Below are positions 1-7,165 of a DNA stretch of 23,871 bases, in pieces. Numbering within the stretch: position 1 is the first letter of the stretch; each line of letters begins with the position of its first letter. This DNA comes from a virus, in UHGV virus genome UHGV-0138833; one strand, written 5' to 3'. The notes under the pieces were generated by a model that saw only the letters and a program-made list of their open reading frames with translations, made no database searches and was not told where the DNA came from. A program made the translations under genes and the position numbers.

Positions 1-60
1 TCAGCGGCTGCGCCGCGCTTCGGGGCGATGTGGCCCCGCTGCTCCCTGGTATTTTCTTTC
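1..60. repeat. GC-rich ~55-bp element, copy A (second copy at 834-893)
   Basis: Hand alignment of 1-55 with 834-893 gives roughly 75-80 percent identity, sharing the core GCGG-TGCGC-GCGCTT-GGGG-ATGTGGC ... CC-GGGTATTT. Confidence 0.45.
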
Positions 61-146
61 GCCCCTTCCATGCCCTGTCGGGCATCACATGAATGTAACT
101 ATATGTATTTGATGGTGTTTTTTTTGAAGAATGGAGGGAAAAATAC

Positions 147-175
147 TTGATAATAGGTCAGTTCTGACCTATTAT
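147..175 (+). promoter_or_regulatory. Putative sigma70 promoter overlapped by a 26-bp palindromic operator
   Basis: -35 TTGATA (147-152), 17-bp spacer, -10 TATTAT (170-175). Perfect inverted repeat ATAATAGGTCAG-TT-CTGACCTATTAT (150-175) spans -35 to -10. Lies about 55 bp upstream of ORF 231-515. Confidence 0.4.
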
Positions 176-230
176 AAACACATCGGGAGGGGATGGTCCC
201 CAACCACCAAAGCCGCTCAGCGGCAGGAGC

Positions 231-515
231 ATGAAAATGCATTTCACAACTTTTCTAAAAAAACATTTCGATATAGAAAAAGTCGTTGGTACTTCTGATT
301 CTGGAAATGATACCGAATCTATTTATGTTTATGAAAAAGGAAATGATTGCGAACCGTTGTTTATTCTGCATGAATCCTGGCTAAATGCAGAAATTAAAAA
401 GTGTGGGGTATGGACTATTGGCAATATATATTCCACATTGGAACACGGAAAAGAATATTCTGAACAGGAACTAATAAAAATGATTAAGGAGGGTAAAGTA
501 ATCAGCAAATATTAA
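231..515 (+). CDS. Hypothetical protein (94 aa, soluble, AT-rich codon usage)
   Basis: Intact ORF with AGGAG 3-4 nt upstream of ATG 231 (alternative ATG at 237). No recognisable motif. Followed by a long hairpin. Confidence 0.55.
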   Translation: MKMHFTTFLKKHFDIEKVVGTSDSGNDTESIYVYEKGNDCEPLFILHESWLNAEIKKCGVWTIGNIYSTLEHGKEYSEQELIKMIKEGKVISKY

Positions 516-522
516 TTTGGGG

Positions 523-555
523 TTGGTAACAGGCTGTGGGGCAGCCTGTTACCAA
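523..555. terminator. Long perfect hairpin (12-14-bp stem), possible bidirectional terminator or RNA processing site
   Basis: GGTAACAGGCTG / CAGCCTGTTACC arms with TGGGG loop. No clean U-tract on either strand, so function is uncertain. Confidence 0.35.
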
Positions 556-584
556 ATGACAGATGCATCTTTGGAGATTCTCAA

Positions 585-719
585 ATGTCAGTATGTGAAA
601 TGATAGAGCTTGCAAACCGCATTGTAAATGGGGAACCTGTAAAAACACCCGCGATAGAAGCATGGATTATTAGCGAAATCATTTGGTGGGCGCATAACCG
701 GGATAATGCTTTAGTTTGA
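585..719 (+). CDS. Small hypothetical protein (44 aa), not in the supplied ORF track
   Basis: ATG 585 preceded by GGAG (573-576) at 8-nt spacing; translation MSVCEMIELANRIVNGEPVKTPAIEAWIISEIIWWAHNRDNALV; ends 10 nt before an intrinsic terminator. Confidence 0.3.
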   Translation: MSVCEMIELANRIVNGEPVKTPAIEAWIISEIIWWAHNRDNALV

Positions 720-728
720 GTCATATAT

Positions 729-759
729 GGGGAGAGTGTCATGCTCTCCCTTTCTTATT
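729..759 (+). terminator. Rho-independent terminator
   Basis: Stem GGGAGAG / CTCTCCC (7 bp), loop TGTCATG, then TTTCTTATT. Confidence 0.55.
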
Positions 760-774
760 GTGTAGCGCGTTGTA

Positions 775-828
775 TTACATAGTTAGCTTTACGTTGTAAA
801 GATTTTATTGTCTTTACAGTGTGGTGCG
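775..828. repeat. Composite inverted-repeat element, copy 1 of 3
   Basis: TTACATAG...CTTTAC-GTT-GTAAAG palindrome followed by TTGTCTTTACAGTGTGG. Same architecture recurs at 1379-1430 and 1528-1568. Confidence 0.5.
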
Positions 829-833
829 TTTTC

Positions 834-893
834 CGGCGGTTGCGCTGCGCTTAGGGGTATGTGGCTTCGATGATCCAGGGTATTTCGACGTAA
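834..893. repeat. GC-rich ~55-bp element, copy B
   Basis: See copy A at 1-60. Sits immediately after composite element copy 1 and before the 3' end of the minus-strand gene 903-1346. Confidence 0.45.
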
Positions 894-902
894 TGCGTTG
901 TA

Positions 903-1346
903 TTACGATGTATACTCTTTAATTGCTTGCAATCTCTTTTCACGTTCGTTGCTTTGTTGGGCCTTTTCCAGTTGGCTGTATATGTACTCTTCATCTTTAC
1001 CCGTGAGTATTGAGCCGGAGAGCAGACGATTAATAACTATACGTTTAATTTCTGGGTAATCTTTGGTTTTATCGAGTATGGACAATATGTGGTCACTGCT
1101 AAGAATTATCCCACTCCATGAGTCTAAATAGCTCTTAAAAATCACAATCATAAACACACCGAAAAGCATTATGATGATTGTTACCACATTAATGCTAAAC
1201 GTTGATATAAAGGTATACGCGGCCACACCAATTATTGCTAAACAGAGACATAAATAAATGAAACCGATTTTGTTGCGTTGCTTTTTTTCTGCACGATCAT
1301 GATCATCTATGATTTCCAGTATCTTTTCTGGGATTAGTTGAGTCAT
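903..1346 (-). CDS. Hypothetical membrane protein (147 aa, two predicted TM helices)
   Basis: Intact ORF with hydrophobic stretches IGFIYLCLCLAIIGVAAYTFI and VVTIIIMLFGVFMIVIF. AT-rich. Composite repeat copy 2 lies about 40 bp upstream of its start. Confidence 0.55.
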   Translation of the reverse strand: MTQLIPEKILEIIDDHDRAEKKQRNKIGFIYLCLCLAIIGVAAYTFISTFSINVVTIIIMLFGVFMIVIFKSYLDSWSGIILSSDHILSILDKTKDYPEIKRIVINRLLSGSILTGKDEEYIYSQLEKAQQSNEREKRLQAIKEYTS

Positions 1347-1378
1347 TTTCTTTCCTTATTTGGGACACGGAGTGTTTA

Positions 1379-1430
1379 ATTACATAGCTTTACATTGTAA
1401 ATCTATGTTTGTCTTTACGATGTAAATGAT
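1379..1430. repeat. Composite inverted-repeat element, copy 2 of 3
   Basis: TTACATAG + TTTACA-T-TGTAAA (perfect 6-bp inverted repeat, 1-bp spacer) + TTGTCTTTACGATGTAAAT. Confidence 0.5.
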
Positions 1431-1527
1431 GAGATGTGCAGTTAAAAGTGTCAATCAGATATCATATAGTAAAATACTATATTATTTTCTATGTATCACA
1501 TACACAGCGATAAAACTGGATAAATGA

Positions 1528-1568
1528 CTTACACTGTAAAGATTGAGCTGTCTTTACAGTGTGGTTCA
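1528..1568. repeat. Composite inverted-repeat element, copy 3 of 3 (upstream of the hicA promoter)
   Basis: CTTACACTGTAAAG + CTGTCTTTACAGTGTGG. The 13-mer TCTTTACAGTGTGG is identical to that in copy 1. Confidence 0.5.
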
Positions 1569-1590
1569 TAAGTCATACGAATGAAATAAT

Positions 1591-1619
1591 TTGCCTTTGT
1601 GTGTATGCGTGTGTATAAT
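1591..1619 (+). promoter_or_regulatory. Sigma70 promoter for hicAB
   Basis: -35 TTGCCT (1591-1596), 17-bp spacer, consensus -10 TATAAT (1614-1619); GGAGG RBS at 1633-1637 before ATG 1643. Confidence 0.55.
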
Positions 1620-1642
1620 TATCCTCAGGTTAGGGAGGACAT

Positions 1643-1825
1643 ATGAAATCTGCTGACCTGTTGAAAGAACTGATAGCTGCTGGTTGCGAGTTGAAACGGC
1701 ATAAGGCAAGCAGTCACCAGATATGGTGGTCGCCAATAACAGGAAAAACTTTTCCTGTTCCTCATCCTAAAAAGGACTTGCCGCTAGGTACTGTCAGATC
1801 GATCAAAAAAATGGCGGGGATTTAA
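1643..1825 (+). CDS. hicA: HicA-family toxin (mRNA interferase, 60 aa)
   Basis: Size, position upstream of a HicB-like gene, and pattern MK.S..L...G.......SSH ... G....P.HP...L..GT.RSI.K.AGI resembling E. coli HicA as recalled from memory. Confidence 0.7.
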   Translation: MKSADLLKELIAAGCELKRHKASSHQIWWSPITGKTFPVPHPKKDLPLGTVRSIKKMAGI

Positions 1826-1849
1826 TCCCCGCCGACTTTGGAGGTAGCC

Positions 1850-2287
1850 ATGTTCTTTTCTGTTGGTGTCGAAACACCGAAAGATGATCATACAGCATAC
1901 GGTATCACCGTTCCGGTTTTTGATTGCTTTGATTTTGGATGTGTTTCTGCTGCTGATTCTCAGGCAGAAATACCCGCAATGGCGCGTGAAGCGATATTGG
2001 CAATCGTGGAAGAGATGGTAATAAGCGGTGCTCATTCTGTTGATGATATTCATGATGAAGGGTGTTTGACTTATTCCGCCAACCCAAATTATAACCACTG
2101 TGATAGCTGGTTTGTAATTGATGTTGATTTGTCAGAAATTGAGGGCAAACAACAACGTATTAATATTTCATTGCCTGATGTATTGATTCGTCGTATTGAT
2201 GGATATGTGAGAGAAAGTGGTGGCGTATACAAAGATCGTAGCCATTTTCTGGCTCAGGCGGCACGTCATGAACTTGCATATAAATAA
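1850..2287 (+). CDS. hicB: HicB-family antitoxin (about 145 aa) with C-terminal ribbon-helix-helix-like tail
   Basis: Immediately downstream of hicA; ATG 1850 with GGAGG at 1839-1843 (track start 1838 is a TTG). C-terminus RINISLPDVLIRRIDGYVRESGG...SHFLAQAARHEL looks RHH-like. Confidence 0.65.
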   Translation: MFFSVGVETPKDDHTAYGITVPVFDCFDFGCVSAADSQAEIPAMAREAILAIVEEMVISGAHSVDDIHDEGCLTYSANPNYNHCDSWFVIDVDLSEIEGKQQRINISLPDVLIRRIDGYVRESGGVYKDRSHFLAQAARHELAYK

Positions 2288-2291
2288 AACT

Positions 2292-2320
2292 ATCCCCGCG
2301 TTGTGCGGGGATTTTTTTTG
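2292..2320 (+). terminator. Rho-independent terminator after hicB
   Basis: Stem ATCCCCGC / GCGGGGAT, loop GTTGT, followed by TTTTTTTT. Confidence 0.7.
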
Positions 2321-2417
2321 ATAGCTAACCGCTCGCCGCAGTCCAGCGACCGAGCATAGCGAGCGAGCGACGAGGAAGCGGAAGATCCACCGTTGCCAGG
2401 AGAAAAGCAGGTACGCA

Positions 2418-2738
2418 CTATGCGTTCTGCCCTAGTGATGCTTTCACAAACCACGCAGCCTGAACTATTACGCCATGAATCCAGCGTAAATCGGCATCAC
2501 GATTTTCTTTTTTCATTTTTTCGCCACTTAATGCCTTGCTTACGTGACTTTTTACCAGATTTTCGTGTAATTCTTTTGCTTCTTCAATTGTGAAACCACC
2601 AGGCAAATTTGGCGCTTCTGCTTCCAGTGATGCCAGAGCAATTTCATAAGCCCGACGCTCAATATTGTCTCGGACGTCCAGGCTGCCTATACGCTCTTTG
2701 ATTTCTTTAATCAGTTCTTTGTCGGTGAACGTTGTCAT
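2418..2738 (-). CDS. Hypothetical phage protein (106 aa)
   Basis: Intact ORF with AAGGA RBS upstream of ATG 2738. Shares the motif ALASLEAEA with the protein at 3014-3457, suggesting paralogy. Confidence 0.55.
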   Translation of the reverse strand: MTTFTDKELIKEIKERIGSLDVRDNIERRAYEIALASLEAEAPNLPGGFTIEEAKELHENLVKSHVSKALSGEKMKKENRDADLRWIHGVIVQAAWFVKASLGQNA

Positions 2739-2748
2739 GTGTTAGTCC

Positions 2749-3012
2749 TTATCCTGCTGTGCTTTCAACTGATGAGGGGAATAAAATCTTTTCATCAAAT
2801 CCGGCATTCATATCATGGACAGCAACACACCAATCCATCGACGAACGATTATCAAGAGCCTCCATGATTTCATCCATGCGGCGCAGGTCATACAGGTAAA
2901 TGCTTTTATCGCCAATGGTGTAAAAACCAATTTTTTTCGGTGATGGGCAGCGATCAAGAACGTCCTGTAATTCGTTCAACCATGCCCGTTCTTTTTTTGT
3001 TAAAGTTGCCAT
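2749..3012 (-). CDS. Hypothetical phage protein (about 88 aa)
   Basis: Start taken at MATLTKK (ATG 3012) with GGAGAG RBS; abuts the stop of the upstream gene. Confidence 0.5.
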   Translation of the reverse strand: MATLTKKERAWLNELQDVLDRCPSPKKIGFYTIGDKSIYLYDLRRMDEIMEALDNRSSMDWCVAVHDMNAGFDEKILFPSSVESTAG

Positions 3013-3013
3013 A

Positions 3014-3457
3014 TCACTCTCCTTTGATGCCAATGTTTACAGCCTGACAAGCCTCTTCGAGAACCCAGTCAACAGCGTCTTTCCATGCTACGGTTTCGAC
3101 TGCCGGATTCTCATTTTTTACCTGCTCATAAAAACGCACCGCTTTAACCAGTCCTTCAGGCACTACCGGCGCTGGCAAGGCAGCGTGATAGTAGAGTGGC
3201 ATAGTTTTGTACAGTGGTTCGCCAGGACTTCCGTCAACCTGATTCCATTCTTCAACCCAGGCATCAACAACCGCTTTGCTGGTTGATACATGTTCTTCTG
3301 AATCTACATTTTGTCCTGATATACAGAACATAACTGCCTCTGCTTCCAGCGATGCCAGAGCAATTCGTGCCAGTTCCATTTGTTCGCCACGAGTAAGTCC
3401 GTTATCAAGCGGATTTTTAATGAATAATTTGATACGTTCTTTGGTTATAGCGTTCAT
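3014..3457 (-). CDS. Hypothetical phage protein (about 148 aa)
   Basis: Start taken at MNAITKER (ATG 3457) with AAGGAGAG RBS. Ends ...IKGE, as does the upstream Ea22-like gene. Confidence 0.55.
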   Translation of the reverse strand: MNAITKERIKLFIKNPLDNGLTRGEQMELARIALASLEAEAVMFCISGQNVDSEEHVSTSKAVVDAWVEEWNQVDGSPGEPLYKTMPLYYHAALPAPVVPEGLVKAVRFYEQVKNENPAVETVAWKDAVDWVLEEACQAVNIGIKGE

Positions 3458-3458
3458 C

Positions 3459-4274
3459 TCACTCTCCTTTGATGCGAATGCCAGTAGCGCGGATTGCATC
3501 GATGACTTCAGAAACTTTGTATGCCATTACCGTTTGGTAATCATCGTGAAAATCTGTTCGATGAAGCATGCTGCTACGTTCCGGGAGCGATATTTCCCGA
3601 GCATCCAGTTCCTTAACGCGCTCCTCCAGTTCGTAGACCCTGCATTGTTCTCTATCATCAATCAGATATAACCCAAGACATTCGCTTTCTACCCAACCGC
3701 CAAAATCATGATCGTAACGCTCACATGAAAACTCACCGTCACCGTCCTTTGTTGGAATGGTGTAACTATCTAATGGGCCACCATATGTCGGCACATTTCC
3801 CAATGTTGGATGCTCAATCCACATGAAAAATGCACGTCCGGTTATTGGGCAAATATCTGGCCGCCATTGGTTACGAACAGCCTTGGTTTCGGATAATTCT
3901 TCAGCGTGTTGTTTTACTTCCTCAAGCTCAACTCTCAGCTTCCCAACCGTAAGAGCAATATCCTCGTTCTTCTGGTCGCGGCGTTTGATGTATTGCTGGT
4001 TTCTTTCCAGCTCATCCAGCAGCGCCAAGACGGTAGCCGGATTGGCTGCAGCGATGAATTCAGCATTGGCCTGCTGTTCCATTTGGAAATCTTCATCGAA
4101 ACCGCTTTCAGGATGCGCTCCTTCAATTCTGCAAATGGGAATATATCCAGCAGCCTCGCGATGAATTAGCGCATCATCACCATCAAATCGGCCCTCTCCA
4201 TATTCGAGCGACCACTCACCACACGTTGCTTTCTCTGCCTTTTCACGCAGTGCCTGATAGTCAATCTTGCTCAC
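3459..4274 (-). CDS. Ea22/Ead-like early protein (271 aa)
   Basis: GTG start with AGGAGG RBS at 7-nt spacing. Coiled-coil N-terminal region and overall resemblance to the lambdoid Ea22 family (recollection, not searched). Confidence 0.5.
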   Translation of the reverse strand: MSKIDYQALREKAEKATCGEWSLEYGEGRFDGDDALIHREAAGYIPICRIEGAHPESGFDEDFQMEQQANAEFIAAANPATVLALLDELERNQQYIKRRDQKNEDIALTVGKLRVELEEVKQHAEELSETKAVRNQWRPDICPITGRAFFMWIEHPTLGNVPTYGGPLDSYTIPTKDGDGEFSCERYDHDFGGWVESECLGLYLIDDREQCRVYELEERVKELDAREISLPERSSMLHRTDFHDDYQTVMAYKVSEVIDAIRATGIRIKGE

Positions 4275-4575
4275 TGGTTGCCTCCTTTGCCGGGATTTCT
4301 AACTTTTGAGTGGTTGTATCAAATTCAAACAACTTAACCACGTCATCAAACAGGACATAATCACCATCAGGATCTTCAGTCATATCTGCGCCACAATCCT
4401 GACCGCACGAGTCGCAACCATCCATATCAAGCTCGTATCGCTTCAGGTTTGCGATATTTGATAAATTCAGCGCCAGTACAGCCAGGTCATAAACCTCTTC
4501 GGCAGTGACATCGCTGTTCAGTCCCATTTCATGGCGATATATGATTTTTTCTACTCGTTGTTTTGTGATCGTCAT
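4261..4575 (-). CDS. Hypothetical acidic phage protein (start ambiguous: ATG 4575 or ATG 4527)
   Basis: Track start 4599 is a TTG. Acidic C-terminal region with a CDSCGQDCG cysteine cluster. Confidence 0.45.
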   Translation of the reverse strand: MTITKQRVEKIIYRHEMGLNSDVTAEEVYDLAVLALNLSNIANLKRYELDMDGCDSCGQDCGADMTEDPDGDYVLFDDVVKLFEFDTTTQKLEIPAKEATSEQD

Positions 4576-4846
4576 TTTTCTCTTCACTCCGATATACAAG
4601 GATTACCACACCCCCTCTGCTGATTGCGCGAGCTGGATCCCCTGGTTCCATGCCGTCAATTCCGAAGGCTTCGGAAAACGCATTCATTGCCTTCTGGCGT
4701 TCATCCTGCTTACGGCGTTTATTCCATTTTTTCAGGAACAACAGCGACAGCCACCGTCCGCTGCAGAACACGATGTAAAAATAACCAAGGAGCGCCAGGC
4801 CGACATTCAGGGCCGTTTCTATGGTTAGTTGTGAGTCAGTTGCCAT
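4529..4846 (-). CDS. Hypothetical small membrane protein (105 aa, one TM helix)
   Basis: Hydrophobic segment LTIETALNVGLALLGYFYIVFCSG then a basic stretch KKWNKRRK. Overlaps the next gene by up to 47 nt, which lowers confidence. Confidence 0.4.
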   Translation of the reverse strand: MATDSQLTIETALNVGLALLGYFYIVFCSGRWLSLLFLKKWNKRRKQDERQKAMNAFSEAFGIDGMEPGDPARAISRGGVVILVYRSEEKNDDHKTTSRKNHISP

Positions 4847-5084
4847 TTCTTACCTGTTTAAGTAACTGGTTGAACATAACACTTAGGGGATTGCTGTATC
4901 CAAACGGCAGATTGTTTACGCAGTACAGAATCATTTTGTTTTTTTCTCCAGTTCGTACTATTAACCCATTCCACAATAACCGTGATAATTCATTACTGAT
5001 AGAAGTTGCGCTTCTTCCAAGTGCGAGGGATATATCTTCTCTACTGCAATCTGGATTTTCCTGGATATACTCGATAACGGTCAT
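4836..5084 (-). CDS. Small putative winged-helix DNA-binding protein (about 83 aa)
   Basis: Start taken at MTVIEY (ATG 5084, AAGGGA RBS). Segment EDISLALGRSATSISNELSRLLWNGLIVR resembles an HTH recognition helix plus wing. Confidence 0.45.
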   Translation of the reverse strand: MTVIEYIQENPDCSREDISLALGRSATSISNELSRLLWNGLIVRTGEKNKMILYCVNNLPFGYSNPLSVMFNQLLKQVRNGN

Positions 5085-5094
5085 GTGGTCCCTT

Positions 5095-5676
5095 TTACTT
5101 AATATCTGTTTCGGATTGCATGCCATGAGTATTCATTTCGTTAATAATTTCATCCAGAAGGATTTCAAGCCCTTCTCGACCCATATCTGAAAGAATGAAA
5201 CCTTTATCAGGGGAAGTAGTGAGCATTTTCTGATAAAGAAACAGCGCTCTTCCCATTCCTTCAGCTTCGCCGTATTTTTGAATTAAATTCCATTCAATAT
5301 ACTGTTGTAAGGCAAATCGAATGGGGCCGGGATATATCGTCATAAACCCATACATCCCGTTATATACCACGGCGTGTTCAGTTGTTCCGTGTTCATTCAG
5401 GATATCAATTGTGCCGTTCTTGTCTTCTTCTTCGTTGATGAATGTCGTCACATACAACCATCGCCACTGAGCAACCTTCATCTCAACCGGAAGTTTACCC
5501 AGTAATCCTGCTTCGTCGGCTTGCGCCAGACACTGAAGGATACGTAAACCTCGCACATTAGGAGTATCGAATTCTCCGGCATCCAGACGACGTATGGCGT
5601 CGTGATAATCAATCGTCATACTGCCAGTTCGTATACCATTGGCTGTTGCTTCAGCCTGGAATTCATCGTATTGCAT
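5095..5676 (-). CDS. Hypothetical phage protein (193 aa)
   Basis: Intact ORF with GAGGAA RBS 7 nt upstream of ATG 5676; abuts the upstream stop. Confidence 0.55.
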   Translation of the reverse strand: MQYDEFQAEATANGIRTGSMTIDYHDAIRRLDAGEFDTPNVRGLRILQCLAQADEAGLLGKLPVEMKVAQWRWLYVTTFINEEEDKNGTIDILNEHGTTEHAVVYNGMYGFMTIYPGPIRFALQQYIEWNLIQKYGEAEGMGRALFLYQKMLTTSPDKGFILSDMGREGLEILLDEIINEMNTHGMQSETDIK

Positions 5677-5681
5677 GATAT

Positions 5682-5870
5682 TTATTCCTCATCTTCATCT
5701 TCATCTGCTGGTGCAATAACGTCATATCCTGCCCTTTCTGCAATAAACAGGAATGTTGAAAGAGTTCCTACAAGTTCATCGTCATGAACATGGCGAATGA
5801 ATATTACTTTCCCGTTTTTGATGGTCAGCAATATTCTGGTTTGTTCGTGTTCTGCTGTTTTCTGATGCAT
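5682..5870 (-). CDS. Hypothetical small protein (62 aa) with acidic C-terminal tail
   Basis: GGGAGA RBS at 5-nt spacing; C-terminus ...ADEDEDEE. Confidence 0.45.
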   Translation of the reverse strand: MHQKTAEHEQTRILLTIKNGKVIFIRHVHDDELVGTLSTFLFIAERAGYDVIAPADEDEDEE

Positions 5871-6064
5871 TATTATCTCCCGTATGCTTTACGCAGAAAT
5901 AAGCAGGCAATATGCATGTAATTTTCACCGTATTGTGCAATAAGGCAGGCGGTCTTGTGTGATGCCATATTCTTTATAAAAGTCACAATAAAGCCTCCTG
6001 TGGATTAAGGTTGTAACAATCCCCGGCGATAAAACCGCAATAAACGTTCAGGGCATATTTGTTG

Positions 6065-6430
6065 TTATTGCGCTAATTCTTTTTCGGCAGCAGCTTTTGT
6101 ATACTCACATGCAAAACTCAGAATTTCGCTGCCGAGTGTTTTCGTTTCGTGATTACTGGACATATGTAATACCTGTGTTGCATGCAATAAATGATAAACA
6201 TTTACCGCAAATGAATCAGGCTCCAGACAAATGCCTTCGTAATTATCTTGCTGTGAGGTTGTTTCTGTCATTGCTCCTGAAGTGCATGCGAGCCTGTTTT
6301 TGACAATTCTCTTTTCTCTAATCACTATATCGGCAACATCTATTGCCTTTACAACCTCCGGGAGAAGTTCCGGGTTTGTATAATCAAAGTCATCAACATG
6401 GAGAACAGTTATGTTTTCGAACTTTTTCAT
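6065..6430 (-). CDS. Hypothetical phage protein (121 aa)
   Basis: GAGGAA RBS 3 nt upstream of ATG 6430; preceded by about 130 bp of intergenic sequence containing inverted repeats. Confidence 0.5.
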   Translation of the reverse strand: MKKFENITVLHVDDFDYTNPELLPEVVKAIDVADIVIREKRIVKNRLACTSGAMTETTSQQDNYEGICLEPDSFAVNVYHLLHATQVLHMSSNHETKTLGSEILSFACEYTKAAAEKELAQ

Positions 6431-6561
6431 GGCTTCCTCAGCTGACTTATATGTTCTGCTATATAGCGAGTCTCAGAAGTGTTTTCATATTGAGACTGTT
6501 TCCGCAATGATTGATAAAAATGTTCGCATGTACCTTGAAGGGCGAAGCGGCGATTATGTCA

Positions 6562-7062
6562 CTATTGGTATTGGTTCTTCCGCAGAAGAGCTTCGCGAGA
6601 TAAGGGGCAAACTTGTTGAGATGCGTCATGGTGTTGCTGCTCCTCACTTTTTGGTTGCTCCGGAGGAGTAACCTCACCAGTTAACAGCCACATCGGATCG
6701 CAGCCAAGAATATTTGCCAGTGGGATAAGCATACTGATAGTTGGTTCATACTCTCCGCTCTCCCACTGGATGATAATTTCTTCATCGAGATCGAGCAGCC
6801 TGGCGAGTTCGGCGGTTGTTAAGCCGCAGGCTTCGCGTTGGGTGCGAAGACGGTTGTTGATTGCAGAATTTTTGTTCTGTAAAAGCATTGCTGACGATAG
6901 CTTTCTGGATATGCTATTTGTCATATCCCATGCCAGTCCTGCGCATGACTCTATATCGCTAGAGAGCGTAGCATCAGGTGTTGCTTTTGCTATTAGTGTA
7001 ATGAGGCTGCCGAGGTTTTTCAGTTCTTCGAGACAGTCAAGAGTTGTAGCTTTATTGATCAT
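6562..7062 (-). CDS. XRE-family HTH DNA-binding protein (166 aa), first gene of the leftward operon
   Basis: Cro/C1-type HTH segment LRTQREACGLTTAELARLLDLDEEIIIQWESGEYEPTISMLIPLANILGCDPMWLLTG. GAGG RBS 11 nt upstream of ATG 7062. Confidence 0.6.
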   Translation of the reverse strand: MINKATTLDCLEELKNLGSLITLIAKATPDATLSSDIESCAGLAWDMTNSISRKLSSAMLLQNKNSAINNRLRTQREACGLTTAELARLLDLDEEIIIQWESGEYEPTISMLIPLANILGCDPMWLLTGEVTPPEQPKSEEQQHHDASQQVCPLSREALLRKNQYQ

Positions 7063-7099
7063 GAGATGATACCTCAGTTACGAACTTTGTTTTATGGTA

Positions 7100-7141
7100 A
7101 CTAAGGTATCAAGGTGTGGCAAGTGATTTTTGATACTTTGG
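7100..7141. promoter_or_regulatory. Left operator cluster (OL-like): divergent TTGATAC cores
   Basis: CCTTGATACC on the minus strand (7104-7113) and TTGATACTTTGG on the plus strand (7130-7141), between the repressor 3' end and the leftward operon start. Confidence 0.45.
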
Positions 7142-7165
7142 TTTCTTTTTGTGTTTTGTGTCTGG

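Noticed and set aside
787-1426. Possible TyrR boxes at the TTTACA/TGTAAA palindromes
   Set aside because: TyrR boxes are TGTAAA-N6-TTTACA; here the half-sites are in the opposite order (TTTACA-N1-3-TGTAAA) or at 11-13-bp spacing. The resemblance is superficial.
803-1566. Possible LexA (SOS) boxes within the CTGTCTTTACAG repeats
   Set aside because: The motif is CTGT-N4-ACAG, not the CTGT-N8-ACAG spacing of LexA boxes, so LexA binding is not supported.
1784-2098. Minus-strand ORFs 1784-2098 and 1905-2087 antisense to hicB
   Set aside because: They lie entirely inside the well-supported hicB coding region on the opposite strand, with no RBS and implausible composition. Shadow ORFs.
3276-4164. 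Plus-strand ORFs 3276-3671, 3823-4164 and 3906-4169 antisense to the Ea22-like gene and its neighbour
   Set aside because: Ser-rich, low-complexity translations antisense to a continuous leftward operon with good RBSs; no independent support.
6411-6671. Plus-strand 86-aa ORF with a GGAGAA RBS, overlapping the 5' end of minus gene 6065-6430 and the 3' end of the XRE-HTH gene
   Set aside because: It would overlap two minus-strand genes of a co-directional operon by 20 and 110 nt. I could not exclude it completely because of the decent RBS, but operon context favours the minus-strand genes. Ribosome profiling would settle it.
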